DNA from: Alphaproteobacteria bacterium
Lineage (GTDB): Bacteria; Pseudomonadota; Alphaproteobacteria; RF32; CAG-239
Length of the DNA: 64,000 nucleotides
Direction: 5' to 3'
NCBI GenBank assembly: GCA_045597005.1
Contig: JAZODJ010000025.1
Coordinates: forward strand, 6,391-70,390
Below, piece by piece: positions 9,442 to 21,200 of this stretch. Below the pieces are notes generated by a model. That model made no database searches, was not told the DNA's origin, and saw only the letters and a list, made by a program, of their open reading frames with translations. Both the position numbers and the translations under genes were made by a program. The stretch's first letter is position 1; the number at the start of each line of letters is the position of its first letter.

Positions 9442-11946
9442 TTATCCTTTGATAAGTTTTTTCCACCAAGCCGATTTCCCTTTCTTTTCAGTATCTTCGG
9501 TAGCCTTAGGTTCAGCCTTTTCAACCTTATTATCATGACTGTCATATAAGATTACGGCTTCCTGTTTTTCGGATGTTTTTTCGGTATCGGCAAATCTGTT
9601 ATAATTTCCGCGATTTCCTCTACGACGATCAAAACGTCCGCGACGTCCGCGACGACCTTTGAATTCTCGTTCTTCGTCTGTTGCTATATCTTCTTGTTCT
9701 TCAATCATTTCTTTATGTTCAACATTTTGTTCAACAACTTCATGTTCAACAATTTCTTCTTTCGGCTGTTTTTCTTCTTCTTTAACAATCTGTTTTACAC
9801 GTTCAATTTTACAATCGGAAACGCACTTAATAGAATTATCTGCACAAATAACAATTTCAAGTCTGTATTTTGTTTCTAATTCAACCAAAGTTTTGCGTTT
9901 TTGATTCAACAAATAAACAGCAACATCAGCCGGAACAGAAACCGTTATTTTAGATGAACGATTTTTACAACCTTCTTCTTCAATTGTTCGCAAAATATAA
10001 ACACCGGCAGACTCTAGTGTTCTGGTAATACCTTTTCCGTGACAATATGGACAAACCTGATAATTACTTTCCCAAAAAGCAGAATGCATTCTTTGGCGAG
10101 ACAATTCAAGCAATCCGAAAATACTCATTTTTCCCACTTGAATCCGCGAACGATCTTTTTTCAAAGCTTCTTTCATACGTTTTTCAACCGCATGATTATT
10201 GGCCGGTTCATCCATATCAATAAAGTCGATAACAACCAATCCGGCTAAGTTACGTAATCTCAACTGACGTGCAATTTCATCACAAGCTTCTAAGTTGGTT
10301 TTTAGTGCTGTTTCTTCCAAATCTTTTTCTTTGGTTGCACGACCGGAGTTAACATCAATAGAAACCAAAGCTTCTGTCGGGTTAATAACCAAGTATCCGC
10401 CGGATTCTAACTGAGCAGTCGAATCATGCAATTTATCAAGTTGTCCTTCAACCTGAAAACGTTGGAACAGAGGCATATCATTGTTGCGATAGTTTTTAAT
10501 CTTCTTAAGGTTGTGAGGAGACAAAATCTTAAAGAAATCACGAGCCAATTTATAAGCATCATCTCCGGCAACCAAAATTTCGCTGATTTCTTTGGTATAA
10601 ATATCTCGCAAAGCACGTTTAATTAAATTTCCTTCTTCATAAATCATTTGAGGAGCTTTATTTTTCAAAGAATCAATTCGGATTTGATTCCATGCTCTAA
10701 TCAAATAATTATAGTCTCTGACTATCTCAGCCTTTGTTTTTTCTTCACCGGCTGTTCTGACAATAATGGACATATCCGCACCGAGAGGAAGCTCTTTAAC
10801 AATTCCTTTTAATCGGTTGCGGTCAGCAGCATTTGTAATTTTACGAGAAACACCGCCACTTTTGATACGGTTTGGCATCAATACACAGTATCTTCCTGCC
10901 AAAGACAAATATGTAGTAAGCGCAGCTCCTTTATTGCCACGTTCTTCTTTGACGACTTGAACCAGAACAGTTTGGCCTTCTGTAATTACATCCTGAATTT
11001 TGTGTCTGTGGTAAAGTTTTCTAGCTTTAATCAACTTGCGTTGCAGTTCAAAATCCATATTGTTATCATCATCGTCATCATCATCCAAAGAATCATCAGC
11101 ATCATCTTTGTCATCATTTTCATCAAACTTATCTTCATTTGATTTGATTTCATGTTCTGTTTCGTTTTCATCTGTTGTTGTAATACAAACTTCTTCGGAA
11201 ATTTTAGCTTCTTCTAATCCTTCATCTTCGGCTAAAACTTTTACTTCATCAGATGTTTCTTTAGCTTCCTCTGCAGCTATTTGTTTACGGAATTTCTTTT
11301 TCAAAACGCGACGTTTGGTTTTTTTCTTTCCGCCTTCTTCTTCCTCTTTTGCTTCTTCTTCAGCAATAAATTCTTCTTCGCTTTGACGATGAATAACAGA
11401 AACCTCATCGGCAACTTTTTCCTCAGATATTGTATCTTGATTTACAACATTTTCTTCAGATGTTTCAGATTTATTATCGGTTTCCGGAACAATAACATTA
11501 GCATTTTCGCCATTTTCGTTCAAGGCTTCTTCCAAAGCTTTTGCTTTGGCGGCTTCTTCACGAGCGCGCATAGCTTCTTCTCTTGCTTTGGCACGTTCAA
11601 TGGCACGTCTTTCTCTTTCTTGTTCTCTTTCTTTTATTATACGCTTTTTATTTTCTATAATTTCATCTACTTCTTTTTCAATTTCAGCAATTTCTTCATC
11701 ACTTACATTATAATAATCAGGATGAATTTCCCCAAAAGCCATAAAACCATGTTTGTTTCCGCCATAATCCACAAAACATGCCTGTAATGAAGGCTCAACC
11801 CTCATAATTTTACCAAGATAAATATTTCCTTTGATTTGTTTGCGGTTTGTACTTTCAAATTCAACTTCTTCAAGCTTGTTTCCGTTAACAACAACCACTC
11901 TTGTTTCTTCCGGTTGTGTATCGTCAATCAACATTCTTTTTGTCAT
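9442..11946 (-). CDS. rne: ribonuclease E
   Basis: The N-terminus is MTKRMLID...EETRVVVV. It has an S1 domain, the catalytic core (VVIDFIDM, CPYCHGKG zinc link) and an Arg-rich C-terminal tail. A ~220-aa E/K/D-rich insertion follows the S1 region, as known for alphaproteobacterial RNase E. Confidence 0.92.
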   Translation of the reverse strand: MTKRMLIDDTQPEETRVVVVNGNKLEEVEFESTNRKQIKGNIYLGKIMRVEPSLQACFVDYGGNKHGFMAFGEIHPDYYNVSDEEIAEIEKEVDEIIENKKRIIKEREQERERRAIERAKAREEAMRAREEAAKAKALEEALNENGENANVIVPETDNKSETSEENVVNQDTISEEKVADEVSVIHRQSEEEFIAEEEAKEEEEGGKKKTKRRVLKKKFRKQIAAEEAKETSDEVKVLAEDEGLEEAKISEEVCITTTDENETEHEIKSNEDKFDENDDKDDADDSLDDDDDDDNNMDFELQRKLIKARKLYHRHKIQDVITEGQTVLVQVVKEERGNKGAALTTYLSLAGRYCVLMPNRIKSGGVSRKITNAADRNRLKGIVKELPLGADMSIIVRTAGEEKTKAEIVRDYNYLIRAWNQIRIDSLKNKAPQMIYEEGNLIKRALRDIYTKEISEILVAGDDAYKLARDFFKILSPHNLKKIKNYRNNDMPLFQRFQVEGQLDKLHDSTAQLESGGYLVINPTEALVSIDVNSGRATKEKDLEETALKTNLEACDEIARQLRLRNLAGLVVIDFIDMDEPANNHAVEKRMKEALKKDRSRIQVGKMSIFGLLELSRQRMHSAFWESNYQVCPYCHGKGITRTLESAGVYILRTIEEEGCKNRSSKITVSVPADVAVYLLNQKRKTLVELETKYRLEIVICADNSIKCVSDCKIERVKQIVKEEEKQPKEEIVEHEVVEQNVEHKEMIEEQEDIATDEEREFKGRRGRRGRFDRRRGNRGNYNRFADTEKTSEKQEAVILYDSHDNKVEKAEPKATEDTEKKGKSAWWKKLIKG

Positions 11947-12439
11947 AAATATAATCTCCCAACTTTTTACCGCGCAACGCAGTTATGTTTTTTAATATAC
12001 AGGAGAGTTTAAAGATATACATAAAAACGCAATACAGACAAAGCTGTTACGCTAAAAAATACAATCCGGAGCGACTTATTTATTCCATAGGATTGCGCTC
12101 AATTTGTATATGGGCCGGTCATAATTTATTGTTGTTGATTGGCGATCGACCGTTAAAAATCTTTAAAAACTCTCAGCAAAAATTGCTTTATACAAGTTTT
12201 GACAATGCAACACTCAATCGTTATGAAAAAGCGGCGATATCAAAACATCGGCCAACAAAACGTTTACTTTTATATCAAATAAGGTCGGCTCCGATAAATA
12301 TATTTGCCAAAACTTTACAAACAGCATATACAGCTTTGATTAAAAACACAACAATATTTTTACAAACTTTATAATTTTTTTTAACATATTGTAAATAAGT
12401 CTGACTTATAATCTTAAGATAGGATATTTAGGAGTTGTA

Positions 12440-13666
12440 ATGATAAAACTTAGGCTGAACATACACCGTATATTGCTGTCAATAATGTTGATGGTTATTG
12501 CTGTGTTGCCCGTATCAAATGCAAATGCAGCCAAAATAACCGGACTTCGTATCGGTCAGGGTGTCGGTAACGTTCGCATAGTATTTGATGCCGATTCTAA
12601 GTTTGATTACAAAGTTTTTACTTTGAGTGCTCCCAACAGATTGGTAATTGATACGCAAGGCGTAGATGTTTCTTCCGCCGTTTCATCAAATAAAGATGAC
12701 AATGTATTTGTTAAAAATGTTCGTGTCGGATCAACCGGTGTTAAGGGTGTGCGAATAGTTTTTGACTTGTTAAAGCCGGTGTTGATTAAAAAAGCATTTA
12801 TGCTGCCTCCGCAAAGTAATTTTAATTGGCGTTTTGCTATTGATTTGGAAGCGGCAAATGAGCGTGATTTTATGTCCAGACTGGGTAATACTAATGCTTT
12901 CAGCAGTGATGACTACGATTCGTTTGGTGACAATTCTAAAAAAAATGTGGATTATACTCCACAGTCTAAAGTTCAACAAAGCAAACGCAAAGTGATTGTT
13001 ATTGATGCCGGACATGGCGGAGTTGATCCCGGAGCTATCGGATATAACGGAACCTATGAGAAGAATATTACTTTATCAATGGCTAAAGAACTCAAAGAGT
13101 TGTTAGATAAAAAAACACAATATAAGGTATACCTGACACGTGGACGAGATGTCTTTATTCCTTTGCGAGAAAGAGTAAAAATAGCTCGTAAATATGATGC
13201 TGATTTGTTTATGTCTATACATGCCGATAGTGCCAGAAATCGTAAAGCTGTAGGCTTGTCGGTTTATACCTTATCTGAAACGGCATCAGATAAAGAAGCG
13301 GCTGCTTTGGCTGAAAAAGAAAATAAAGCGGATATTGTCGCCGGTTTAAATTTTGCTGAACACTCCAAAGAAGTCAGCGATATTTTGCTTAATTTGGCTC
13401 AGAGGGAAACAAACAATTCATCATCAGAATTTGCAACACTTTTGAGTAACCAAATGTCTCGAATTGTGAAAACAGTCAGCAATACGCATCGTTTTGCCGG
13501 ATTTGCGGTATTAAAAGCACCGGATGTCCCGTCTGTTTTGCTTGAATTGGGTTATCTTTCTAATCCTACGGAAGAACGTCAACTGCGTCAAAAATCATAT
13601 CGTCGCAAACTTGCGGAAGCTACAGTTAAAGCGATTGATAAATATTTTCAAAATCCCAAGCATTAG
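12440..13666 (+). CDS. N-acetylmuramoyl-L-alanine amidase (AMIN domain plus Amidase_3), AmiC-like
   Basis: It has a signal peptide, an AMIN-like N-terminus (ITGLRIGQ...VRIVFD) and the catalytic region VIVIDAGHGGVDPGA...SIHAD. Confidence 0.88.
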   Translation: MIKLRLNIHRILLSIMLMVIAVLPVSNANAAKITGLRIGQGVGNVRIVFDADSKFDYKVFTLSAPNRLVIDTQGVDVSSAVSSNKDDNVFVKNVRVGSTGVKGVRIVFDLLKPVLIKKAFMLPPQSNFNWRFAIDLEAANERDFMSRLGNTNAFSSDDYDSFGDNSKKNVDYTPQSKVQQSKRKVIVIDAGHGGVDPGAIGYNGTYEKNITLSMAKELKELLDKKTQYKVYLTRGRDVFIPLRERVKIARKYDADLFMSIHADSARNRKAVGLSVYTLSETASDKEAAALAEKENKADIVAGLNFAEHSKEVSDILLNLAQRETNNSSSEFATLLSNQMSRIVKTVSNTHRFAGFAVLKAPDVPSVLLELGYLSNPTEERQLRQKSYRRKLAEATVKAIDKYFQNPKH

Positions 13667-13740
13667 TATTTGACAGTACGATATTTTTTTACTAAAACAG
13701 TAGACGGAAATCTAATAAATTTTTGCGTTTGGTTAGGATT

Positions 13741-16215
13741 ATGCTTAAGACTATTTCATCATTTTTGAGTACATGTTTCTTTTTTGCGGTAATCGCATTT
13801 GTTGTTATAATAACATCTGTTTGGCAGATATCTCAGGAATTGCCGGAATATCGACAACTTGAAAAATATGAGCCGGCCGTAACAACACGACTTTATGCCG
13901 GTGATGGTCAGGTAATGATGGAATATGCCGCGGAAAAAAGATTGTTTGTTCCTGAAGATAAGATTCCTTTGCGCGTCAAGCAAGCTTTTATATCAGCTGA
14001 AGACCAACATTTTTATGATCACTTTGGTGTTGATTTTATCGGTATCATTCGTGCTGTTTTGGTTAACGTCAAAAATATCGGTTCAGGACGTCGTCCCACC
14101 GGAGCTTCAACAATAACTCAACAAGTTGCCAAAAACTTTTTGTTGTCATCGGAATTATCCTATAAACGTAAAATAAAAGAAGCTTTATTGGCAATCAGAA
14201 TTGAACAGGCTTTTTCCAAACAACATATTTTAGAATTATATCTTAATGAGATTTATCTCGGAAATCGCGCCTATGGTGTTGCAGCTGCAGCAATGAATTA
14301 TTTCGGTAAGGCTTTGGATAAACTTACGTTGGAAGAGATTGCATATCTGGCAGCTTTACCTAAAGGGCCGAATAATTACAATCCCAAAACAAAATATGAT
14401 GCTGCAGTGGCACGTCGAAATTGGGTAATTGATAGAATGCTTGAAGACGGATATGTTACTGAAGATGAAGCGCTTAAAGCTCAAGCAAAGCCGTTAGAAG
14501 TTATATCCGGTCGAGGCGAGTTGGTTAAATATGCGCAATATTTCAGTGAAGATGTACGTCGTCAAGTAAAAGAAGAATTTGGCGAAGACGCTCTTTATGA
14601 AGGCGGATTGTTGATACGAACAACCCTTAATCCGCGTCTTCAGGAGATAGCAACCAAAGCCTTTACAAAAGAAATAGAAAATTATGATCGTCGTCACGGT
14701 TGGCGCGGAGCTTTGCAAAATATTCCTCTTGAAGACGGTTGGAAAGATGTTTTGGCAAAGGTTGAAAAACTTGCCGGAAGCAAAGATGCCTGGAATATTG
14801 CAATTGTAAAAAAAGTTTTGGGTGATAAAGCTGAAATAGAACTTAAAGACGGTTCAAAAGGCGAAATACCTTTAAGTGTTTTATCTTGGGCCAGAAAAAA
14901 CTTAAAAAACCAATCTGTAGGCGGTCAACCCCAGAAAGTATCTGATGTTTTATCTGTTGGGGATGTCGTTTTGGTGGAAAAAATTTCTTCTAAAGATACA
15001 TCATCTCGCAATATGCCTGAAAACAGCTATTATCTTCGTCAACTTCCAAATGTTGAGGGCGGTTTGATAGCTTTGGATCCCCATACCGGTAAAATTTTAG
15101 CTATGGTCGGTGGATATTCTTTCCAAAAATCTCAATACAATCGTGCTACGCAAGCGCGTCGTCAAACCGGATCTGCTTTCAAGCCGATTGTATATTTGAC
15201 GGCTCTTGAAAACGGCTATGAACCGACAGATCTTATATTGGATGCACCGTTTGTGTTGGATCAAGGTAAAGGACAGCCTGTGTGGAAACCGGTAAACTAT
15301 TCCAAAAAGTTCTACGGATTAATGACGCTTCGTCAAGGAATTGAAAAATCACGTAACCTTATGACCGTTCGTCTGGCTCAAGATGTCGGTATGGATAAGG
15401 TTTCTGCCGAGGCCAAAAAAATGGGGGTTAATCCTAATTTGCCGCATTTGTTATCAATGTCATTGGGAGCCGGAGAAACAAGATTGATTAATATGGCATC
15501 CGCATATGCGGTTATGGTTAATGGCGGTAAAAAAATTGAACCGTACCTCATTGAAAGGATTCAAAATCGCAAAGGGTCAACAATATATAAACATGATACT
15601 CGCGAGTGTAAAGACTGCTCTCCTGACAAATGGGAGAATCAATCTGTACCTCAACTTGAGGATAACCGAGAACAAATAGTTGATCCGCTAAGTGCTTATC
15701 AAATGGTAAGCATAATGGAGGGCGTGGTACAATACGGAACCGGAGCCAGATTACGTTCTTTAGGTAAGCATCTTGCCGGAAAGACCGGTACTACCAATCG
15801 CAATCAGGATGCTTGGTTTGTCGGATTTTCACCGGACTTGGTTGTTGCCGTATACGTTGGCTTTGATGAACCTAAATCTTTAGGAAAATTTGAAACAGGT
15901 GCAGCTGCCGCTTTACCGATATTTTATGATTTTATGAACGAAGCCCTAAAAGATGAGGCTGATGTTCCTTTCCGTATACCTAGCGGTATCAAGTTAGTTC
16001 GTATCAATCATTCTACCGGAAAACCGGCAACGCCCAATGATAGTGTGGTAATATGGGAGGCCTTAAAACCCGAAGCAGCTTTAAGAGCAGCCAAACAAAA
16101 GGTAATCGGACAGGATGTAGGAGCTGTAACGACAGAAGATAGCAAACAATCTGTTTCTCCTATTGTTTATGAAGATACAAGTGAAGACGAAATTCAAATT
16201 GGTGCAGAATACTAA
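13741..16215 (+). CDS. mrcA: penicillin-binding protein 1A (bifunctional glycosyltransferase/transpeptidase)
   Basis: GT51 motifs EDQHFYDHFGVD and RKIKEA are present, with transpeptidase motifs SAFKP, SKN-like and KTGTT. An alternative TTG start lies at 13723. Confidence 0.9.
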   Translation: MLKTISSFLSTCFFFAVIAFVVIITSVWQISQELPEYRQLEKYEPAVTTRLYAGDGQVMMEYAAEKRLFVPEDKIPLRVKQAFISAEDQHFYDHFGVDFIGIIRAVLVNVKNIGSGRRPTGASTITQQVAKNFLLSSELSYKRKIKEALLAIRIEQAFSKQHILELYLNEIYLGNRAYGVAAAAMNYFGKALDKLTLEEIAYLAALPKGPNNYNPKTKYDAAVARRNWVIDRMLEDGYVTEDEALKAQAKPLEVISGRGELVKYAQYFSEDVRRQVKEEFGEDALYEGGLLIRTTLNPRLQEIATKAFTKEIENYDRRHGWRGALQNIPLEDGWKDVLAKVEKLAGSKDAWNIAIVKKVLGDKAEIELKDGSKGEIPLSVLSWARKNLKNQSVGGQPQKVSDVLSVGDVVLVEKISSKDTSSRNMPENSYYLRQLPNVEGGLIALDPHTGKILAMVGGYSFQKSQYNRATQARRQTGSAFKPIVYLTALENGYEPTDLILDAPFVLDQGKGQPVWKPVNYSKKFYGLMTLRQGIEKSRNLMTVRLAQDVGMDKVSAEAKKMGVNPNLPHLLSMSLGAGETRLINMASAYAVMVNGGKKIEPYLIERIQNRKGSTIYKHDTRECKDCSPDKWENQSVPQLEDNREQIVDPLSAYQMVSIMEGVVQYGTGARLRSLGKHLAGKTGTTNRNQDAWFVGFSPDLVVAVYVGFDEPKSLGKFETGAAAALPIFYDFMNEALKDEADVPFRIPSGIKLVRINHSTGKPATPNDSVVIWEALKPEAALRAAKQKVIGQDVGAVTTEDSKQSVSPIVYEDTSEDEIQIGAEY

Positions 16216-16226
16216 AGGGGGATTAG

Positions 16227-17337
16227 ATGCGTGCGGATATTTATGAAATGATGCAAACAATTCAGCAATCATTGGAATTGCTAAGGAGGTCTCTTTGACT
16301 ATGAAAATGCTTGTATCCGTCTGTCAGAACTCGAAAGTTTGACGTCAGAAGCTGATTTATGGTCAAATCCCGAAAAAGCTCAAAAATTGACACGCGAAAA
16401 AAACAATCTTGAGTTTAGTATCAATAATTTCAATCAAATGGAGCAGTCAAGTAAAGATTTGAGCGAGCTTGCGGAACTTGCTGAGATTGATGATGATAAT
16501 GCAACTCTTGATGAAATTGCTCTTCAATTAAATGAACTGCAATCATCCGTAAAACATGCCGAATTAGAGGCGTTGCTTTCCGGTGAAGTAGATGCCAATG
16601 ATACCTTTTTAGAAGTTCATTCCGGTTCCGGCGGAACCGAAGCTCAAGATTGGGCAGAAATGCTTTTAAGAATGTATTCTCGTTGGGCAGATTCTCACAA
16701 TTACAAAGTTGAATATGTTGAAGAAACCGAAGGTGATGTTGCCGGTATAAAATCAGCCACAATTAAAATCAGCGGACATAATGCATATGGTTGGTTAAAA
16801 TCAGAGACCGGCGTTCACAGATTGGTTAGAATATCTCCTTTCGACAGCAATGCCAGACGACATACAAGTTTTGCTTCTGTCGGAGTTTATCCGGTAATTG
16901 ATGATAATATTGAAATTACGATTAACGAAGCTGATTGTCGTGTTGATACATATCGTGCTTCAGGAGCAGGGGGGCAACATATTAACAAAACAGATTCTGC
17001 TGTTCGAATTACGCACCAACCGACAGGAATTGTTGTTCAATGTCAAAATCAGCGTTCTCAATTTCAAAATCGCGAAGCCGCTTGGAAAATGCTCAAAGCA
17101 CGACTTTATGAAATGGAATTAAAAAAGCGCGAAGACAAAGCCAACGAACAACGAGACAATCAAGGAGACAACGGTTGGGGTTATCAAATACGTTCATATG
17201 TTTTGCAACCTTACAAAATGGTAAAAGATTTGCGTACCGAAGTTGAAACATCTGATACTAAAGCCGTATTAGACGGAGATATCGATTTATTTTTATCAGC
17301 AGCATTGGCAGATAAGTTAGGGGGCAGCAATGATTAA
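16227..17337 (+). CDS. prfB: peptide chain release factor 2 (requires programmed +1 frameshift near nt 16296)
   Basis: Frame 0 encodes MRADIYEMMQTIQQSLELLRRSL and then TGA. The +1 frame continues DYENACIRLSELESLTSEADLW... into the 332-aa track ORF, which carries SPF and GGQ (SGAGGQHINKTDSAVR). Confidence 0.93.
16281..16299 (+). promoter_or_regulatory. prfB programmed +1 frameshift site (internal SD-like AGGAGG, 3-nt spacer, CTT TGA C)
   Basis: The sequence ctAAGGAGGtctCTTTGAC has the same architecture as the E. coli prfB site AGGGGG-uau-CUU-UGA-C. Confidence 0.9.
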
Positions 17338-18283
17338 AAAAACGGCAAAATTTTTTGCAATTTTTGCAGCTGTTGCGTACATTGGTTTTTGCCTTGCTGT
17401 TTATTATTTTCCGCAATATTTCTTTTATAATCCGTCCACCGAAAAATCATTATTGAGCAATGCTGTTGCCAAAGGTTTTTCGGCAGAAGAGGTTAGATAT
17501 AAATCATCAGACGGAACAGAATTATACGGTTGGTATGTTAAACCTACACGCAAAGATAAAGTAGTCGTTTATTTTCATGGTAATTCTCACAATATCGAGG
17601 CTTTTTATCACAAACTTATCCCTTTAACAGATTCCGGATATGGTGTCTTTATCGGTGAATACCGTGGTTTTGGCGGAATAAATGGTAAAATTAATGAAAA
17701 AAATTTAGGAGAAGATGCCATCGCGGCAGTTCAATATCTGTATAGTCAGGGATGGAAAAACAAAGACATCATTCTATATGGAATGTCTTTAGGAAGCTAT
17801 ACATCGATTCACACTGCTCATACTTTGGGAAAAGATAATCCGTTTGCCTCGTTGATATTAGAAGTTCCTTTTGACAGTATTTTGAATGTGGCAAAAGACA
17901 GAGTGTGGCCGTTATTTCCATTCTCAATGATTATTAAAGATAAATATGACAACACAAAGAAATTATCGGAGATAAAACTTCCTGTTTTGTTTATGGTAAC
18001 CCAAAATGACAAGGTTGTTCCCATACAAAGAGCAAAAGAATTAAGCAAAGCAATTGTTTCAAAATATCCGATGGTTAATATCCGAAAATCACTTAAAGAC
18101 AATCCATCAACCGTTCGTTCAATCAGTTGTATAACAAATGATGCCGAAAAACCGGTAATGATTAATTATAATGATAATACCGCGACACATTCAAATTTAT
18201 ACGAGCATAAAAATTGGGAAGATATTTTGGTTTGGCTTGCTTGTCATGAAAATTGGTTAGAAAACAATGAAAAAATTAAGTAA
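17330..18283 (+). CDS. alpha/beta hydrolase (S9/S33-like)
   Basis: It has an N-terminal TM segment, an HGNS oxyanion region and the nucleophile elbow GMSLGS. It overlaps the prfB stop. Confidence 0.75.
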   Translation: MIKKTAKFFAIFAAVAYIGFCLAVYYFPQYFFYNPSTEKSLLSNAVAKGFSAEEVRYKSSDGTELYGWYVKPTRKDKVVVYFHGNSHNIEAFYHKLIPLTDSGYGVFIGEYRGFGGINGKINEKNLGEDAIAAVQYLYSQGWKNKDIILYGMSLGSYTSIHTAHTLGKDNPFASLILEVPFDSILNVAKDRVWPLFPFSMIIKDKYDNTKKLSEIKLPVLFMVTQNDKVVPIQRAKELSKAIVSKYPMVNIRKSLKDNPSTVRSISCITNDAEKPVMINYNDNTATHSNLYEHKNWEDILVWLACHENWLENNEKIK

Positions 18284-21200
18284 TCGTAGCTATACATTAC
18301 ATAAAATCGCCGATTTTGCCGGTGTCATTATACTGGTAGGACTGTTGTTGTTTATATGGCAACTTTATCGAGGATCAATTGCCATTCCGTTTCTCAAGCC
18401 ATATATAATTCGTGCGCTCAATCACGATGATACGGATTATCATGTATCACTGGATGGCGTAAATCTTGAGTTGGTACGTTCAGTTCAACCCCTGCGAATA
18501 ATCGCTAATAATGTGGTTTATAAAAAAGAAAATTCCATAACCATAAACGCCCCAAAAGTAGCTTTATCATTTTCGATAAAGGCTCTGTTGCGCGGAATTA
18601 TTGCACCAAGTTCAATAGAGGTTGATCAGGCAAAAATTTTCATTTTTAACAGTTATGGTGTGGAAAATAAAAAGAGTTCTGATGAAGTAAGTCGCAAAAA
18701 GTTAGAATACTATTATGATATTGCCGCAGGATTTTGGGAGCGTTTCAATTCGGAAGACAATACCTATCCCGAAAGCTATATCAACAATATTCAAATAACT
18801 GATGCCGATGTGGAGTTATTGGAGGTAGATTTAGGCAAAAGGTGGTTATTTAGCGATGTAAACTATCATTTCAATAGAGGTTTTACGAAGCTAACCACAG
18901 AAATAAACGCATTAATGCCGTTTGGTGAAAGTACATCATCACTTGGGTTAGAAATAGACTATAACTACAAAGATTCTCAAGCCGGCTTAAATTTTTATTT
19001 TTCGGATTTAATACCGGCAGATTTGTTACAAATAGTTACTCAAAATACATCATCACAGGATTTTTATAATATCAGAATACCTCTGCATGGTAATATCAAT
19101 ACTGTATTTAATTTACAAAATTTGTCCGAATATAAAAGTGATATCTTGTCTAACAGCGAAAAAATAATTGATAGAATATCATTTGAACTTAATGGAGAAA
19201 AAGGAAGAATAAAATTTTCTGAAGATGAAAACTATGATTATGATATCTCCGGTTTGATACTCAGAGGCGAATTAAGTGGCAATCTTGAACAAATTAACAT
19301 TACCAATGCCGGTCTTAATCTTGATAATCAAACGGCTTCTTTAGGGCTTGAAGTCAAGGGATTAAAAGAATGGCTCTTAAAGTCATCATACAAAGATTTA
19401 GCGATTCGGTTAACCGCAAATGTCAAAGAATTGGAAACAGATAAATTAAGCCGTTTTTGGCCTAAATATTTTGGTGCTAAAGCGTGGGATTGGTGTAAAG
19501 AAAGTTTATTCGGCGGAACAATCAAAAATGGAGTATTTTCGTTTGACTTCGGTTATGATGATAAAGCAAAAGGTATTGCATTTAAAGATTTATCAGGTAA
19601 AGCAGACATTGAAAAAGGTAACCTTATCTATCTTAACACTATGCCTAAAGTAACCAATATATACGGAACAGCGACTTTTACATCACACAATATTCGTATA
19701 GATTTAGATAAGGCAAAGTCTGATAATGTGGTTTTAAATCATGGCTATGTTGATTTGTACGATTTAAACAAAGATGATAACTTCTTAAAATTAGAACTTA
19801 ATGCTATCGGTTCAATTACAGATATCCTAAAACTAATCGACCACGAACCGCTTAATTATCCTACAGATATGGGGCTAAATCCGGAAACAATAAAAGGTAG
19901 CGCCATTGCTGATTTGGGGTTAGAGTTTGAACTTAGACAAGATTTGGATCCGGCAAGTATCAAGGTTAATGTTGATGCTGTTTTGCGAGATGTGCTCATA
20001 AAAGAAGCAATAAAAGACAAAGCAATTGAGGCCAAGACGCTAGGTTTTCATCTGGATAATCAACAGATGAATATATCTGGCGTTGCCAATATCGAAGGTC
20101 TTCCGTTGACATTTTTGTGGAATGAAAATTTTGTTGCCAAAAACTATCAGCGCCGTTACCAAATAAGCTTTAATTTTGATGATGCGTTTAAGGAAAAAAT
20201 AGGACTTAATGTTGCAGCTTTAAATGCCCCGCATATTAAAGGAACGATTCCTACCAAAGCCATTGTTACGGTATATCCGGATAATCGAACAATCATAGAT
20301 GTGCATGGTAATTTACGAGAAACGGTTATTGATTATAGTTTTCTTGGGTTTGCCAAAAAAGCCGGTACAAATGGCGAAATTACCGCCCAGATTAATGTCG
20401 ATGGAACAAAGGTTTCGTCAATACCGAAATTTACTTTAACCAAACCGGATTTTAAGCTAAACGGAAACGTTTCTTTTGCTGATGACGGGCGAGTTAAAAG
20501 TGTTGATATAAAAGACATAAAAGGCCCCAAAACAAATGCTAAAGCCAAAATTGATTTTTCTTATCAACCCAAAGAAAATGTCAAAATTATTGTTTCCGGT
20601 TCATCATATGATTTGTCCGCATTTTTTGCTGAGGATGAAGACAAAATTGCAGAGCGACGTAAAAAAAGAGCGGCCTTAAAAGATAGCAATTTGATAGATG
20701 ACGATGATGATGATAAAATGTGGGATACTACTCCCGATACAGATATAAATATTGCCGTGGATAAACTTTGGACTAATGATAAAGTATCAATTCGTAATTT
20801 TGCCGGTTCTGCCCAAATACTCAACAAAATCGGTATCAATGAAATGCATCTTGTCGGCAATTTTAAATCAAACAAAAACAATCCTAATCATAAACTATAT
20901 TTAAAACTTGATTATACACCGCGTCCCAATAAAGAGTATCTTCTAAGCATTGACAGCAATGATGCAGGTTCCACTTTAAGATTTTTACGTCTGTATGATT
21001 ATGTTAGAGGTGGTCATTTGAGTATCAACGGCAAACGAGGAGCCGACAAAAAATTCATCGGACATGCCAAAGCTCGTGATTTTAATGTAATCAAGACCAA
21101 CGTTTTTGCTAAGTTGTTAACATTAGCATCTTTTACCGGTTTTGTAGATATGCTTTCCGGAGACGGAATTGCCTTTACCCATTTTGATGCCCCGTTTGAA

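Noticed and set aside
11040-11110. GAT/GAC-rich run that looks like a tandem repeat. A similar run occurs at 20695..20715.
   Set aside because: They encode poly-Asp tracts inside RNase E and the AsmA-like protein. This is coding low complexity, not a repeat element or CRISPR.
9659-11787. Several plus-strand ORFs (81-168 aa) antisense to rne.
   Set aside because: They are Ser/Phe-rich low-complexity translations of the complement of GAA/AAG/GAT-rich rne codons. They have no starts with an RBS and are fully nested in a high-confidence gene.
11985-12374. A 129-aa ORF in the rne-amidase intergenic region.
   Set aside because: It has no RBS, an odd composition and no motif. The region fits better as an untranslated leader and promoter region.
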